Shown: positions 10,517 through 20,602 of the stretch, one piece after another
Numbering within the stretch: position 1 is the first letter of the stretch
How the letters are laid out: each line of letters opens with the position of its first letter
Virus record (IMG/VR): IMGVR_UViG_3300042331_000508
Span: 4,537 to 68,536 of that record
Length of the DNA stretch: 64,000 nt
Strand: one strand, 5' to 3'
From: a virus
The notes under the pieces: generated by a model
Database searches by the model: none
Told to the model about the DNA's origin: nothing
What the model saw: the letters and a program-made list of their open reading frames with translations, nothing else
Translations under genes and position numbers: made by a program

Positions 10517-11334
10517 TTTACCTGCAGTCTTATTTGCAACTCGCGCCGTCCGAGGTTGCCGGGGTCAATGCTGTAAGTTTCCGCGATTCAGGCAAGTCCG
10601 CGCAACAGGCAGATTGTTGGAGGTTAAGCAATTTGCGCTTGCGGAATCTGCCGCAAAGCGAGGTCGTGTTTTACGGATCGGATAGGGACTTGATCGACGG
10701 AGTGAGTTATGGCGCCGTGCATGAATTTCCCAAAGAAATCAAGGAACTGCCGCCGCGCTGTTGGTCTGTCGGGAAACTGTATGCGGCAAGTATGCAAACC
10801 GAGCCCTTTCTGCATGTGGACATGGACTGTTTTCTCGGGCTGCCCGTAACCCTTACGGGTTTTACCGTGCAAAGCGAAGAGCACTATTTCGAGCCGCGAG
10901 CTTGGGGCTGGTTTTACGGATTGATGGCCTGCTTGCTCAAAAAAGGAATCAAGCATCCCTTGCTCGAAGAAGTGTGGGAGGCAGCGCACGCCTCCAGAGG
11001 ACCGGTGCTGTGGAACTTCGGTGTATTTGGCGGCAGTTCGCCCTTGGTGCCGCAGGCGTGCGGTGATGTCGTTGAGTTCTGCTTGGAGCACAAATCTGTC
11101 TGGCAGGACATACCCCCGTATATTTTCGTGACCTGTGCTTTGGAGCAGATTTTCGTTCCGCTTTTGTGCCTTTCGCGCGGCGTCTCACCCAAGCCTTTGC
11201 TGCGGCGTGGTTTCGAGGAAGCGGATTCCGCGCAGTTGGCGTATTGCCACCTGATTGCTGATAGTAAACATGATCCGAAAAATATCGAGGCGGTCAAAGT
11301 TCGACTGGCAGAGTTGACTTTGACCGACAACTGA
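10513..11334 (+). CDS. Glycosyltransferase-like protein (DUF6734-like)
   Basis: ATG 10513 overlaps upstream stop; WSVGKLYA..QTEPFLHVDMDCFL (DxD), NFGVFGG, LEQ, YCHLIADSK. Confidence 0.6.
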   Translation: MIYLQSYLQLAPSEVAGVNAVSFRDSGKSAQQADCWRLSNLRLRNLPQSEVVFYGSDRDLIDGVSYGAVHEFPKEIKELPPRCWSVGKLYAASMQTEPFLHVDMDCFLGLPVTLTGFTVQSEEHYFEPRAWGWFYGLMACLLKKGIKHPLLEEVWEAAHASRGPVLWNFGVFGGSSPLVPQACGDVVEFCLEHKSVWQDIPPYIFVTCALEQIFVPLLCLSRGVSPKPLLRRGFEEADSAQLAYCHLIADSKHDPKNIEAVKVRLAELTLTDN

Positions 11335-13376
11335 TGGGTTCTCGATTGCTGACATTTCGGGTAAGCATGCACGAGCCGCGGGACGAAGGCGTCTTCGGGA
11401 CGGCTTCGACGGTTTCTGTGCGCGGCACGTTCAGCAATTGGGAGCCAATCTACAATCTTTTAGACAATGACGGCGATGGCATTTACTCCGTGACCTTTCC
11501 GGTTTTCGGGACGGCGGGAGAGACGATTTCCTACAAATATGCCATCAGCACGGATGCCGGCCAAGATGTTTGGGAGTCTTTGGCGGATCGGACTTACGTC
11601 TTGGGGCCGGACGATGTGACAGTCAATGTTTCATCGCTCCCGCATCTTTTCAATAATTTGCAGGGCACGCGTCCAAGAAATCTGCAGTTGGGCGACAGAA
11701 AGCTCATGTTGGCTCAGTGGGTAGGCGCCGCCGCCAGACCGGCTCCGGATGCTCAAGACGGCGCATACTTGTGGCTGTGGGACAATGTCGTGGGCTACCG
11801 CGGCTACGCTGACACGTTTGTAGCCCCGCCACCTTCGGCCGTCGGCAGCACTCAGTTCCTACAGCTCACACTGGAGGCGACCCCGACAGAAGGAAGTGTC
11901 ATCACATTTGGGATCTCTGAAACCGGTCAGCGGGCAGCTGGCCGCTTGGACTTTGGCAAGCAGTATTCATTGCGCCTGAAAGCAACCAACTTTTTCGGGA
12001 CTAGTTATTCGGAATCTTTACAAATCACGACCCCTCCGCAGCCTACTGGAAATCCGGCATGGGCCGGATCAATTAGTGAGAGCAGCAATGCGGAACGCAA
12101 GGCCTTTGAAATCACGCAAGCACAGGGACTGGTCGCCTACAAAGTGTTTAGCAGCGGATATGGAACTATCAACATCCCCGCCAACCCATACACTGATCTG
12201 ACTTTTGCAGGGGAAAGCATCGAGTATTTTATCGGATCACCAAATGGCTGGTTTCGCCGCCAACAAGTGACGGCCAGCGCGTGGTCAAACCCCACGATCC
12301 CGCTGGTGACCGGAAGTAGCACGCTAGACGGGACCGCCATCTTGCAATGGTATGCAGACCCAAGCGCGCTGTTTTACATGGTGCAGATGCCGCAAGGGGC
12401 GCTGACCACCAATCCCAACAGGATCACGCTCGGGCAAGTAGGCAACCCCATGCTCTTTACGGCCAACAACTTGATTCCTTCGCCCCCGCCGATTCTTTCT
12501 TTCATACTCAGCAATGTTCCAGGGCACAGCTATTTGACCAGCAATGAAGGCGGCGCGCAGCTGAACTCACTGCCCTTCAAGGTCATTGCGGTGAATGGCG
12601 GCGGGTTAGTCGGCGAACCGACCGCTTGGAGCAGCATCAATCTGGGGACGCCGACGGGAAGGCCGGGCGGAGCGGCGGCCATCACACTTTTGCCCGCCAG
12701 TGACACAAGAACGACCAGCGGCACGGCGCGCACATTTTCCACGGCCTCCAACCGGAGAATGTGGGCAAAACCCACCAGCGGCAGCACTCAATTCACAGTG
12801 GGCGGGGCGAGCGTGCCAACGCGTTGGATCTTGCCCGAGGACTTGGCTGATGTCGATTGGCTGATCAATGGCGTGGGAATGAACACCATCGACCGCACTT
12901 TGACCGGCAAGCTCAACAGTTACGCTGCGCCCATTGCCAAGAAGCGTTTCGCGGACAGCAATTTTTCCGGTTCTTACTCGGGTCACTTCATTGATGGGCG
13001 CCGCTACAAGGTAATTTGCAACTGCAAAATTTACAACGTGAAGTCGGCAGCCAGTGATTACTACACAGAGGCGTATCTGATCCCCGGCAACGATTTCACT
13101 TTGAAAGTGCTCTTTTACACCATGTTCCGGCAAACGGTTTTGCAAGTCGGCGGGCCTACGCTGCACTACACTTTGGAGAAAAAAGTCGGGATTTATTCTT
13201 CGGACCTGGCGCGGCGCGGATCGCAGTATATGTCTCCTTTGGTGGGTGGCGGAGACGGGCCTTGTTTTGTCCGCACGACGGTGCCTGCTTCCGAGGAAGA
13301 AGTCGTTTCGCTGAGAATCAAAGTGCCTGCTGGAATGCAGGGGAGTGTTACAACGCTAGTGGTTGCTGCCGTATGA
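11334..13376 (+). CDS. Virion protein with N-terminal carbohydrate-binding (CBM20/48-like) domain
   Basis: VSVRGTFSNW..LLDNDGDGIYSVT..YKY..WES..R; 680 aa. Confidence 0.6.
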   Translation: MGSRLLTFRVSMHEPRDEGVFGTASTVSVRGTFSNWEPIYNLLDNDGDGIYSVTFPVFGTAGETISYKYAISTDAGQDVWESLADRTYVLGPDDVTVNVSSLPHLFNNLQGTRPRNLQLGDRKLMLAQWVGAAARPAPDAQDGAYLWLWDNVVGYRGYADTFVAPPPSAVGSTQFLQLTLEATPTEGSVITFGISETGQRAAGRLDFGKQYSLRLKATNFFGTSYSESLQITTPPQPTGNPAWAGSISESSNAERKAFEITQAQGLVAYKVFSSGYGTINIPANPYTDLTFAGESIEYFIGSPNGWFRRQQVTASAWSNPTIPLVTGSSTLDGTAILQWYADPSALFYMVQMPQGALTTNPNRITLGQVGNPMLFTANNLIPSPPPILSFILSNVPGHSYLTSNEGGAQLNSLPFKVIAVNGGGLVGEPTAWSSINLGTPTGRPGGAAAITLLPASDTRTTSGTARTFSTASNRRMWAKPTSGSTQFTVGGASVPTRWILPEDLADVDWLINGVGMNTIDRTLTGKLNSYAAPIAKKRFADSNFSGSYSGHFIDGRRYKVICNCKIYNVKSAASDYYTEAYLIPGNDFTLKVLFYTMFRQTVLQVGGPTLHYTLEKKVGIYSSDLARRGSQYMSPLVGGGDGPCFVRTTVPASEEEVVSLRIKVPAGMQGSVTTLVVAAV

Positions 13377-14623
13377 GCTTGGGATGCTGCTATATCAGAA
13401 GGACCGAGGCGGGTTGCCCTGTTCCTCCTATCACCGATCCGGGCGGAGGAACGGTGACGGTGCCTACCGTTCAGGGTCTGTGGTTTGAGTGCGCGTTGCC
13501 AGGCGGCGGCTGCCACCATGGCATTGGCTTCGTGCGGATGTATAACGGGAACGATGTGTTGATGTATCATGGGTGCCCGAGCACAACCGGAACCAACAGG
13601 ACTTACATCACTTTTGATGCTTCACTGCTCAACTACGGATCAAGGATTCACATTGATTATGTGCACCAGAGAGGGGGGCAGCGGGGCGGGTTGTCTGTGC
13701 CTTGCGCGGGCGGACACGTGTGCAATAGCGGTCTTTTTCGCGCGGGCCTTGGCGCTCACGCGATAGGGACAGCCAACATTAACAACGCTGGGCAGGATGG
13801 CGCTAACGATGGCTCGCCGGGTTCGGACCGTTACAACCGGTTTACCATTGCCAACAACATCATCGACGACTTTTTGGGTTCGATCGGCGGCAATCCCGGC
13901 AATCCCACAACGCCTTCCGGCGTGGCCGCCACCTACATGAATCAGCAGCGGATCGTCATCGTGTGGAATGACCTTTCGGCGTCTGAAACCGGTTACGAGA
14001 TCGAGCGTTCCATCAATTTTGGCGCATGGTCCACTATTACCACGACGCCTCCCAACACTGCTATTTATGCCGATACCGCCCCTCCCGGCGGATCTTTTGG
14101 TTACAACACGCGCGTGGCTTACCGGCTGCGTGAGGTTCGGGCTTCCGGCGGGCCATTCCCATGGGCCGAGGCCGTGGTGACAACGCCCTTGCCCCCCGAC
14201 CCGTCAAGTCGGCAAGTCTGCTGGCTGGAATCTGATGTCTGCACGGGATGGACCGAAGCAATCAGCAATCCGGTGGCGGCAGTCAATTACGTGCCTGTCG
14301 GCTACACTTTTGCCACCGTTCCGGCAAATAAGGTCTTTCGTATCGCGCTGATCAACTACGCCACTCTTGGGTCGGCGAATGTGTCGCGCGGGGCGCAGCT
14401 GGAAGTGCATTTAAACAACGCGGTGGTGGCCACATATCCGCTGTCGCTTAATTCCAACGGGTCGGCGCTGTCGCCCTTCCCATTCGACGGACTCAGCATC
14501 GACGGCGTGCCGTTTTCTATCGCCAACATTTGGGGCGCTCCTGTTGAAATCAAGGCTGCGGGTGGCGTCCCAGGCTCCCCCGGGATCTACTTCGACGATA
14601 GCGTCGCCATACAAATACTATGA
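13373..14623 (+). CDS. FN3-containing Cys-rich virion protein
   Basis: ATG 13373 overlaps upstream stop; WNDLSASETGYEIERS..YADT..YRLR FN3 motif. Confidence 0.6.
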   Translation: MSLGCCYIRRTEAGCPVPPITDPGGGTVTVPTVQGLWFECALPGGGCHHGIGFVRMYNGNDVLMYHGCPSTTGTNRTYITFDASLLNYGSRIHIDYVHQRGGQRGGLSVPCAGGHVCNSGLFRAGLGAHAIGTANINNAGQDGANDGSPGSDRYNRFTIANNIIDDFLGSIGGNPGNPTTPSGVAATYMNQQRIVIVWNDLSASETGYEIERSINFGAWSTITTTPPNTAIYADTAPPGGSFGYNTRVAYRLREVRASGGPFPWAEAVVTTPLPPDPSSRQVCWLESDVCTGWTEAISNPVAAVNYVPVGYTFATVPANKVFRIALINYATLGSANVSRGAQLEVHLNNAVVATYPLSLNSNGSALSPFPFDGLSIDGVPFSIANIWGAPVEIKAAGGVPGSPGIYFDDSVAIQIL

Positions 14624-14871
14624 ACCGAGGCATGTTGGCAGATGCGTATCGAGCGGCCAAAGAGGTGGGGCAGTGGGCCGCGTCGGGATTCCCGATGACG
14701 GAACTTTCAAAGAACCGTCTAGCGATTTGCGAGGCATGTCCGCACTTCAGTGGCGGTCGCTGCTCAATCTGTGGCTGCTACATGGCGGCGAAGACGATGA
14801 TGTCCACCTCGAAGTGTCCGATCGGCAAATGGGATGCGGTAAGCGGGGCTGGTAAGTGTTGCCACGGTTGA
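14620..14871 (+). CDS. Small Cys-rich protein (DUF6171-like)
   Basis: RLAICEACP..RCSICGCYM.AKT..CPIGKW. Confidence 0.65.
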   Translation: MNRGMLADAYRAAKEVGQWAASGFPMTELSKNRLAICEACPHFSGGRCSICGCYMAAKTMMSTSKCPIGKWDAVSGAGKCCHG

Positions 14872-14887
14872 CATTGCGCCCATTGCA

Positions 14888-16330
14888 ATGGGCGCGATCG
14901 ACGTCAACTTGCTCAAGATCTTCGGCAACACGCAACGGCAGGCATATCAAACGCCTGTTTTCACGCGTGGTGACGTTCGTCGCTTGGAGTTCTTGTTTTT
15001 TGATGATGAGGGAGTTCTCCCTTTGTCCCGCGAGGATCAAGCCAAGGCATTTTTGCTCGGTCCAGCCAACCAGATGCTCGCTTCCGCTGTTGGTGGGCCC
15101 GATGGGGTGGGCGATACCGCATCTTATATTTTTGATCTGGCTCTGACGACTCAAGCCATTAGCGACTTATTCTCTAATGCCACTACAACAACTGTCGCCG
15201 TGCGCCTCGTTGTGGTGTTCAGCTTGGCGGGCCGCCATTGCACGACGGATCCCATCGCGACCGAGTTGCGGCGCAATTACGTCACTGTTTGGGACAATCC
15301 TCCTCCAGGGCCGCCCGATTTGTCGGGTCGAGCCACTGCCGCGCAAGCGCTGGAGGGGGCGGACAACAACACGTGGATGACGCCACTGCGGACCAAAGAG
15401 GCCTTTACCGCACTCTCTGGAAATGTTTCGCTAAACTACAACCCTTCGGCCAGCGATACCGTGCAAAGCGTGGAGGTTGGCGGCGCCGATCCATTGGCGG
15501 CCAGTGGTTGGCGGGTGTTGAATCTTTCGCAAGCGCTCGATCGCATATTATTCCCGACGCTCTTGCCAACCATCAGCACGCCCAAGTCTGCGACTTTGAC
15601 AGTCTCAGGAGCTTCCGGCGTGCAAGAGGTCGGTTCGCCGGTCGCGCGTGTGCTGACCGCAGTTTTTGCTCGCGGGCGCATTACCAATGGCAACGGCTCG
15701 CTCGGACCTGAGTTGGTTGGCGCCGCCACAAACTATACCTACTCTGGCCCCGGACTCACCACGACTACAATTACTTCGCCAACCCAATCCGTCTCCACGG
15801 ATGTGGTGCCCGGCAATAACCAATGGACAGTCAGTGTGGCACACGCCGCGGGTAGCGGCGCTTATGCCGACAACAAGGGCAACAACAGCACGGCGCTGGA
15901 TGGCAGCCGCGGGCAAGGCACCGCCAGCGCGAGCACGGCGGGATTTCTCGGTGTCTATCCTTGGTATCGGCTGGAATCTCCCGTGATTTTCACGGCGGAG
16001 CAGTTTGCCGCCGCGATCGAAGCGGGGAACGCCAGCGCGATTCACGCCAGCGCTGTCCTAACCAAATATGTGGCCGATGCCGCAGGCACCATCGCGGTGC
16101 CTTACAATCTGAGCGGAAAATTTCTTGGAGTTGCCTACGAAGCCAGCCTGACGACCAAAACGCGTTACTACGTGGATGCTCTGGATAACGGAAACATCGG
16201 CTTGGTCTTTTCCGCCGCACAAAGCCTTGCGGATGTCGCGACCACCTTGTGGGAAAGAGACTACACCGTCCACATCAGCAAGAATACGCTGACCAACTCC
16301 AACGTAACGATTGAATTGAGGACCATCTAA
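14888..16330 (+). CDS. Tail fibre / baseplate-associated protein
   Basis: 480 aa; BppU-like N-terminus; ATAAQALEGADNNTWMTPLRTKEA fibre motif. Confidence 0.65.
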   Translation: MGAIDVNLLKIFGNTQRQAYQTPVFTRGDVRRLEFLFFDDEGVLPLSREDQAKAFLLGPANQMLASAVGGPDGVGDTASYIFDLALTTQAISDLFSNATTTTVAVRLVVVFSLAGRHCTTDPIATELRRNYVTVWDNPPPGPPDLSGRATAAQALEGADNNTWMTPLRTKEAFTALSGNVSLNYNPSASDTVQSVEVGGADPLAASGWRVLNLSQALDRILFPTLLPTISTPKSATLTVSGASGVQEVGSPVARVLTAVFARGRITNGNGSLGPELVGAATNYTYSGPGLTTTTITSPTQSVSTDVVPGNNQWTVSVAHAAGSGAYADNKGNNSTALDGSRGQGTASASTAGFLGVYPWYRLESPVIFTAEQFAAAIEAGNASAIHASAVLTKYVADAAGTIAVPYNLSGKFLGVAYEASLTTKTRYYVDALDNGNIGLVFSAAQSLADVATTLWERDYTVHISKNTLTNSNVTIELRTI

Positions 16331-17667
16331 TGCCAAGCGGAATACAACTTTCAAGTGGAGTGCTCGTAGGCCAGCCGGTGCCTTTGGACGCAAAGTTCGG
16401 GCCTTACGATACTGTCGCGCTCGCCCTTGCGGACCTCACATCCGGCTTTCGTTATCAGGGCTTAACCGTCGGTATCAAAAGTGGCAACTCTATCGTGGAG
16501 TATTGGTTCAAAGACGGCGTCGCGGACGCTAATTTTGTCGAAAAGGTAGTCGCGGCCAACTGGAATACGCTGCTGAACAAGCCCTCGACTTTCCCTCCCT
16601 CGACCCACACGCACCAGATAAGCGAAGTAACGGGCTTGCAGACGGCGCTGGACGGCAAGCAGCCCCCCGCCACACGGTCATCTATTGATCTCACGGGCAA
16701 CTTCCAGCTGCCCTCCGGAAGAAACCGAAGAGTTGTTATGCAACCCTCGGTGTCCTCGCCGACCGTCGATTTGCCCTACGAAGGCAATCAAAGCGGAGAC
16801 GTAATCACTTTGATTGGCTTTTGGCCTATTTCCTCAACGATCACTATCCGAAGGGCGTTGACGGTAATAAATGGAGTGGCCGGATTTTCCGCCATTGCGA
16901 CCATGAGTGGAGTTACTGGTGAAGATGCCAAGTCGCTGACATTCATATCCGACGGAACAGCGATTGGCTGGACATTAGTCACAGTTGATACTCACACGCA
17001 CCCCGCTTCGGATATCTCCGACAGCACCGCCGCAGGCCGCGCTTTGCTTACTGCGGCCACAGTTCAAGCGCAAAGAACGGCGTTGGAGACATTCGTCTCA
17101 GCCGCCAATCTGACAGCGATCCAAGCACTCACTGGTAATTTTCAGCGAGTGTATATCGCTCAAGACACACGGAAAATCTATGCGTGGAGTGGCACTGGTT
17201 CTGTCTACACCGAGATAAGCCCCCACATTAAGTCCGATTGGAACGCCAACAGCGGGGACGCGCAAATCCTGAACAAACCACGGTCTCCCTATCAACTTAT
17301 AGCAGCGTGTTCGGATGAAACTAGTCTTTTGACAACGGGCACGAAATTAGTGTTTCGCGTTTTTGAGATGATGTTTATCAACACGTTTCGCGCTTCTGTG
17401 ACACAGGCACCAACTGGATCCTCCCTAGTCGTTCAATTGCGAGCACCCGCGCCTGGGAACCCCGCTAACCTACAAGTGTATGGAACTGTCACAATTCCAG
17501 CGGGTTCCACAGCGAGTAGCACTAGTCTTAACGATGCGGTAATTGAGTATATCTCGGACATGATAGGAGAAGCATCCCCAGAGTTCCACATACACGTTCA
17601 CCAAATAGGAAGCACCTCCGCTGGCAGGGGTCTCAAAATATATTTGGAAGGAAATCGCATTTTATGA
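16330..17667 (+). CDS. Tail fibre protein
   Basis: WNTLLNKPSTFPPSTHTHQISEVTGLQTALDGK, HTHPASDISDS, SDWNA..ILNKP fibre repeats. Confidence 0.75.
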   Translation: MPSGIQLSSGVLVGQPVPLDAKFGPYDTVALALADLTSGFRYQGLTVGIKSGNSIVEYWFKDGVADANFVEKVVAANWNTLLNKPSTFPPSTHTHQISEVTGLQTALDGKQPPATRSSIDLTGNFQLPSGRNRRVVMQPSVSSPTVDLPYEGNQSGDVITLIGFWPISSTITIRRALTVINGVAGFSAIATMSGVTGEDAKSLTFISDGTAIGWTLVTVDTHTHPASDISDSTAAGRALLTAATVQAQRTALETFVSAANLTAIQALTGNFQRVYIAQDTRKIYAWSGTGSVYTEISPHIKSDWNANSGDAQILNKPRSPYQLIAACSDETSLLTTGTKLVFRVFEMMFINTFRASVTQAPTGSSLVVQLRAPAPGNPANLQVYGTVTIPAGSTASSTSLNDAVIEYISDMIGEASPEFHIHVHQIGSTSAGRGLKIYLEGNRIL

Positions 17668-18200
17668 GCTTTATCATTGACCCGTATCGGTTTCAGAGAA
17701 CCAACCTGATCCAGAACGGCGACTTCAGTAATGTCTCTGGAATGGGGGTTACTGGAGGTGGATGGTATAACGGTGTTCCGCCGATGTGGTCAACCCAATC
17801 TAATGTTGCCAATGCAGGATATTCCGTGCTGCTTCTTGAGGGCAAGTATTATGCCAACCTCAATACGCTTTCTGTTACAGAAGGCATCACCACAACTACA
17901 AAGTTTCAACCGCTTTATCAGGAGAGCGCAGCACTGCCGATACAAACCACCCTCACGGCGACTTGGACGATTAGATCGTTGAACGGGTATTCTTACACTA
18001 TGGGCGCGGCGTTTTACGTTGGCGCATGGAACCCCAACAACAACTTTGTCGCGGTTTACACCTCGCCCTTTGACGCAAATACTCGCACTGTCTCGTTGGT
18101 TACCAGCAACTTTCCTGCAAACACTTTGATCACGTTTGCAATGTGGCAAGCTGGCAATACCGCACCGGGCGTGACTGATTTGACGATATACGCAGACTAA
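17664..18200 (+). CDS. Tail-associated protein, carbohydrate-binding-like
   Basis: MSFIIDPYRF start and NLIQNGDFS motif. Confidence 0.55.
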   Translation: MSFIIDPYRFQRTNLIQNGDFSNVSGMGVTGGGWYNGVPPMWSTQSNVANAGYSVLLLEGKYYANLNTLSVTEGITTTTKFQPLYQESAALPIQTTLTATWTIRSLNGYSYTMGAAFYVGAWNPNNNFVAVYTSPFDANTRTVSLVTSNFPANTLITFAMWQAGNTAPGVTDLTIYAD

Positions 18201-18204
18201 CATT

Positions 18205-18678
18205 ATGAAACTCCTCTACGACACGGTTAACGAAACTGTCCTTGCTTGGCCCCGTATTGACGACGAGCCAGTAGTCGGCCTTGAGCCGCATCTACTCGAA
18301 ATGACCGTCATCCAAGAGAATGCGCCGTCTTACAATTCCGAAACCCAAATGTTGGTGCTAGCCCAAACCATCGACATCGAGGCCAAGACCGTAACACGTG
18401 GCTGGAACGTGGTAGATCTCCCGCCCAAGCTCTATTCGGCTGAAGAATGGCTCAATGCCCAAGGAGTGGGCGGGGCACGGCAACCAACCCTGCTCTATCT
18501 TCGTCAAAGTCTTGCAGCGGCATCCAAGGAAAGCCCTTTACTCAACGCCTTGGAGCAGTATCTCCAGACAATCTTGGCTCTCTATGCTACTGATCCCAGC
18601 CCCCGCGGCGATTGGCCACAGCCGCCCACGACGTTTGAGGCCGCAGTTCAGGAATCTATGGAGGTGTTAAATGGATAA
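18205..18678 (+). CDS. Tail fibre assembly-like protein
   Basis: 157 aa after fibres; PSYNSETQ..TVTRGWNVVDL. Confidence 0.5.
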   Translation: MKLLYDTVNETVLAWPRIDDEPVVGLEPHLLEMTVIQENAPSYNSETQMLVLAQTIDIEAKTVTRGWNVVDLPPKLYSAEEWLNAQGVGGARQPTLLYLRQSLAAASKESPLLNALEQYLQTILALYATDPSPRGDWPQPPTTFEAAVQESMEVLNG

Positions 18679-18958
18679 TGTAATCGAGACGGCAAACTTT
18701 GCGGCGCAGCAATCGGATCGGTGGCTATTCGTCGCGTTGTTGGTGATAGGGCTACTCTGTATTGGTGTGCTGTTCCGGTATTTTACTGGGAGGCTGGATT
18801 CCTTGCAGTCTCGGATGGATACACAAACAGCGGAATTTTTGAGCCATCTAAAAAGCGCCAACAAAGAGATGTTGGACATCATTGCTTTGGCGAACGCCAC
18901 CATCACTAAAAACTCTACCCTGCTGGAGCGGTTGGAGCGCAAGCTTGCCGGAGATTGA
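18671..18958 (+). CDS. Putative holin
   Basis: One N-terminal TM helix plus coiled coil; start of lysis cluster. Confidence 0.5.
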   Translation: MDNVIETANFAAQQSDRWLFVALLVIGLLCIGVLFRYFTGRLDSLQSRMDTQTAEFLSHLKSANKEMLDIIALANATITKNSTLLERLERKLAGD

Positions 18959-18973
18959 CAGCAGATTAAGGGT

Positions 18974-19252
18974 GTGAGCGCCCTTCTTGCCCGAATGCTT
19001 GGCATTAGCCGAGCCTTGCTTGAGTTCTATCTGCCGATTCTCCGCCGGATCTTGGCTACTGGCTTTGCCGCCCTTCTTCCCCTTGCTTTGGAAATCGTGC
19101 GCAATCTGGCCACGACAGACAAAACCGGCGCGGAAAAACGGACGCAAGCTCTGGATGCCCTACGTGTTGCGGCGGTCGAGCGTGGCCTTGAAGCCAGTGA
19201 AAACTTACTGCGCTACACCATCGAGGCAGCGGTGCAAAAGCTGAAATCATGA
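18974..19252 (+). CDS. Holin-like membrane protein
   Basis: 92 aa; hydrophobic stretch then TGAEKR..IEAAV. Confidence 0.5.
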   Translation: MSALLARMLGISRALLEFYLPILRRILATGFAALLPLALEIVRNLATTDKTGAEKRTQALDALRVAAVERGLEASENLLRYTIEAAVQKLKS

Positions 19253-19569
19253 AAAATTGGGCGCTTCGTTTTTTGGTAAGTAAGGCCGGTGGCGTGTTAA
19301 CGCCGATCATTGCCGGTGTCGTGGGATCTGTGGTCGCCAAGCTGGCAGCCTTTGACCCGTCCCTGGCTCAAAGCGTGGACGCGCCTGCCATAACGGCCTT
19401 TATCGTGGCGGCGGTAATGAGCGCGGTGAACTACGCGACCAATGCGGCGCAAACGGACAACATCAAGCATATCCAAGCTATCGTAAATGTGCCGCAGGAT
19501 GGTGTGTTTGGTCCGGTGACCTACACCGAGGTGCGGAAGGCAATCCCAGTGGTTCGCGATGAGGTATGA
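19249..19569 (+). CDS. Membrane lysis protein with C-terminal peptidoglycan-binding-like motif
   Basis: Two TM segments; IQAIVNVPQDGVFGPVT. Confidence 0.5.
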   Translation: MKNWALRFLVSKAGGVLTPIIAGVVGSVVAKLAAFDPSLAQSVDAPAITAFIVAAVMSAVNYATNAAQTDNIKHIQAIVNVPQDGVFGPVTYTEVRKAIPVVRDEV

Positions 19570-19723
19570 CGACCGGCAAAAAAATGAGGCGTGTTTTCAC
19601 AGACCTAATCAGCGGCGGCCATGGTGGAAGCAGCTGCTCAATTCCCTGCGGGTGCGGGTGAAGTGGCAGGCTAAAAAATGCCCAGTCAAATCAGTGGAGA
19701 TAACCGGTGGATTCGATTTTTGA
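19559..19723 (+). CDS. Small hypothetical protein in lysis cluster (54 aa, below ORF track cutoff)
   Basis: Read manually: MRYDDRQ..RPWWKQLLNSLRVRVKW..ITGGFDF. Confidence 0.4.
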   Translation: MRYDDRQKNEACFHRPNQRRPWWKQLLNSLRVRVKWQAKKCPVKSVEITGGFDF

Positions 19724-19850
19724 ACAATGAAATGGATGTCAAATCTTTTGCAAAAACTCTTCGGGGTTGGCCCCAAGCCCAGCTTGCCGAACTCATCGCG
19801 GAACTTGTCGAAATCCTCCGTCAAAAGCAAACGGACAAAAAAAACCAAAA

Positions 19851-20360
19851 ATGACGCACCTGCTACCAGAGATCGCCGAGCAAGAACTCGGAAAAAAGGA
19901 GACTAGCGGCAACAATCTGGGTGCCGGGGTCCGCAAATACCAGCGGAGCACAAATTTGGCGCCCGGCGCGTGGCCCTGGTGCGCTGCGTTCCAATGCTGG
20001 CTGCTGGAGGAATGGCTCAAAAAAACCGAGGTTTTGGCTTGGCTAAACCTTAAGCGCTCTAAACCAGAGAGCTGGAGGCCCAGAACGGCTTTGGCCTACG
20101 GCTTTCTTAAGTGGGCGAAAGACCGGCCCAACACGGCTGATATTTACTCTGATTCGATAACGCCAAAGCCCGGAGACTTGGTCGTCTATGATTTCAGCCA
20201 CATTGGAGTGGTCAAGCAATGCGCAGGCTCCCGTTTCTGGGCAATAGAGGGCAATACCAATGGCGAGGGTTCCCGCGATGGGGACGGGGTTTACTTGAAG
20301 CTGCGGCCGAGAAGCTTGGCCCGCGCCTTTATCCGAATCAAGGCATCTCGGGCATCGTAA
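19851..20360 (+). CDS. Endolysin, CHAP-family amidase/peptidase
   Basis: PWCAAF, PKPGDLVVYDFSHIGVV, IEGNTN catalytic motifs. Confidence 0.85.
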   Translation: MTHLLPEIAEQELGKKETSGNNLGAGVRKYQRSTNLAPGAWPWCAAFQCWLLEEWLKKTEVLAWLNLKRSKPESWRPRTALAYGFLKWAKDRPNTADIYSDSITPKPGDLVVYDFSHIGVVKQCAGSRFWAIEGNTNGEGSRDGDGVYLKLRPRSLARAFIRIKASRAS

Positions 20361-20517
20361 GCTTGTATTCAATGCGCCATTTGTTGGCCGCGGCCAGCTC
20401 GATCAGCTCGCGGAGGTATTGAGCGCGGGACTTGCCTTGAGAGCTTGCCACCGCGTCCAAGCGCGCTAGAAGCTCCGCCTCCAACCTTATCGACAGAGAT
20501 TCAGTTTTCGTTTTCAC
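20338..20517 (-). CDS. Ribbon-helix-helix (CopG/Arc-like) regulator, 59 aa, not in ORF track
   Basis: Read manually: MKTKTESLSIRLEAELLARLDAVASSQGKSRAQYLRELIE. Confidence 0.75.
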   Translation of the reverse strand: MKTKTESLSIRLEAELLARLDAVASSQGKSRAQYLRELIELAAANKWRIEYKLTMPEMP

Positions 20518-20523
20518 CCGTGA

Positions 20524-20547
20524 GCAATCGCAAAATTTTGTGATTGC
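20524..20547. promoter_or_regulatory. 24-bp near-perfect palindrome between divergent regulators (candidate operator)
   Basis: gcaatcgcaaaa/ttttgtgattgc, one mismatch; TTGAC elements on both strands nearby. Confidence 0.55.
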
Positions 20548-20602
20548 GTCAAGGAAAATGTGTGTTGACCGATCTTAAAAACGCGATACAAAGGCATCTC
20601 AA

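Noticed and set aside
14888-18200. Diversity-generating retroelement or invertible tail-fibre cassette
   Set aside because: No reverse transcriptase, template/variable repeat pair or invertase seen in the window
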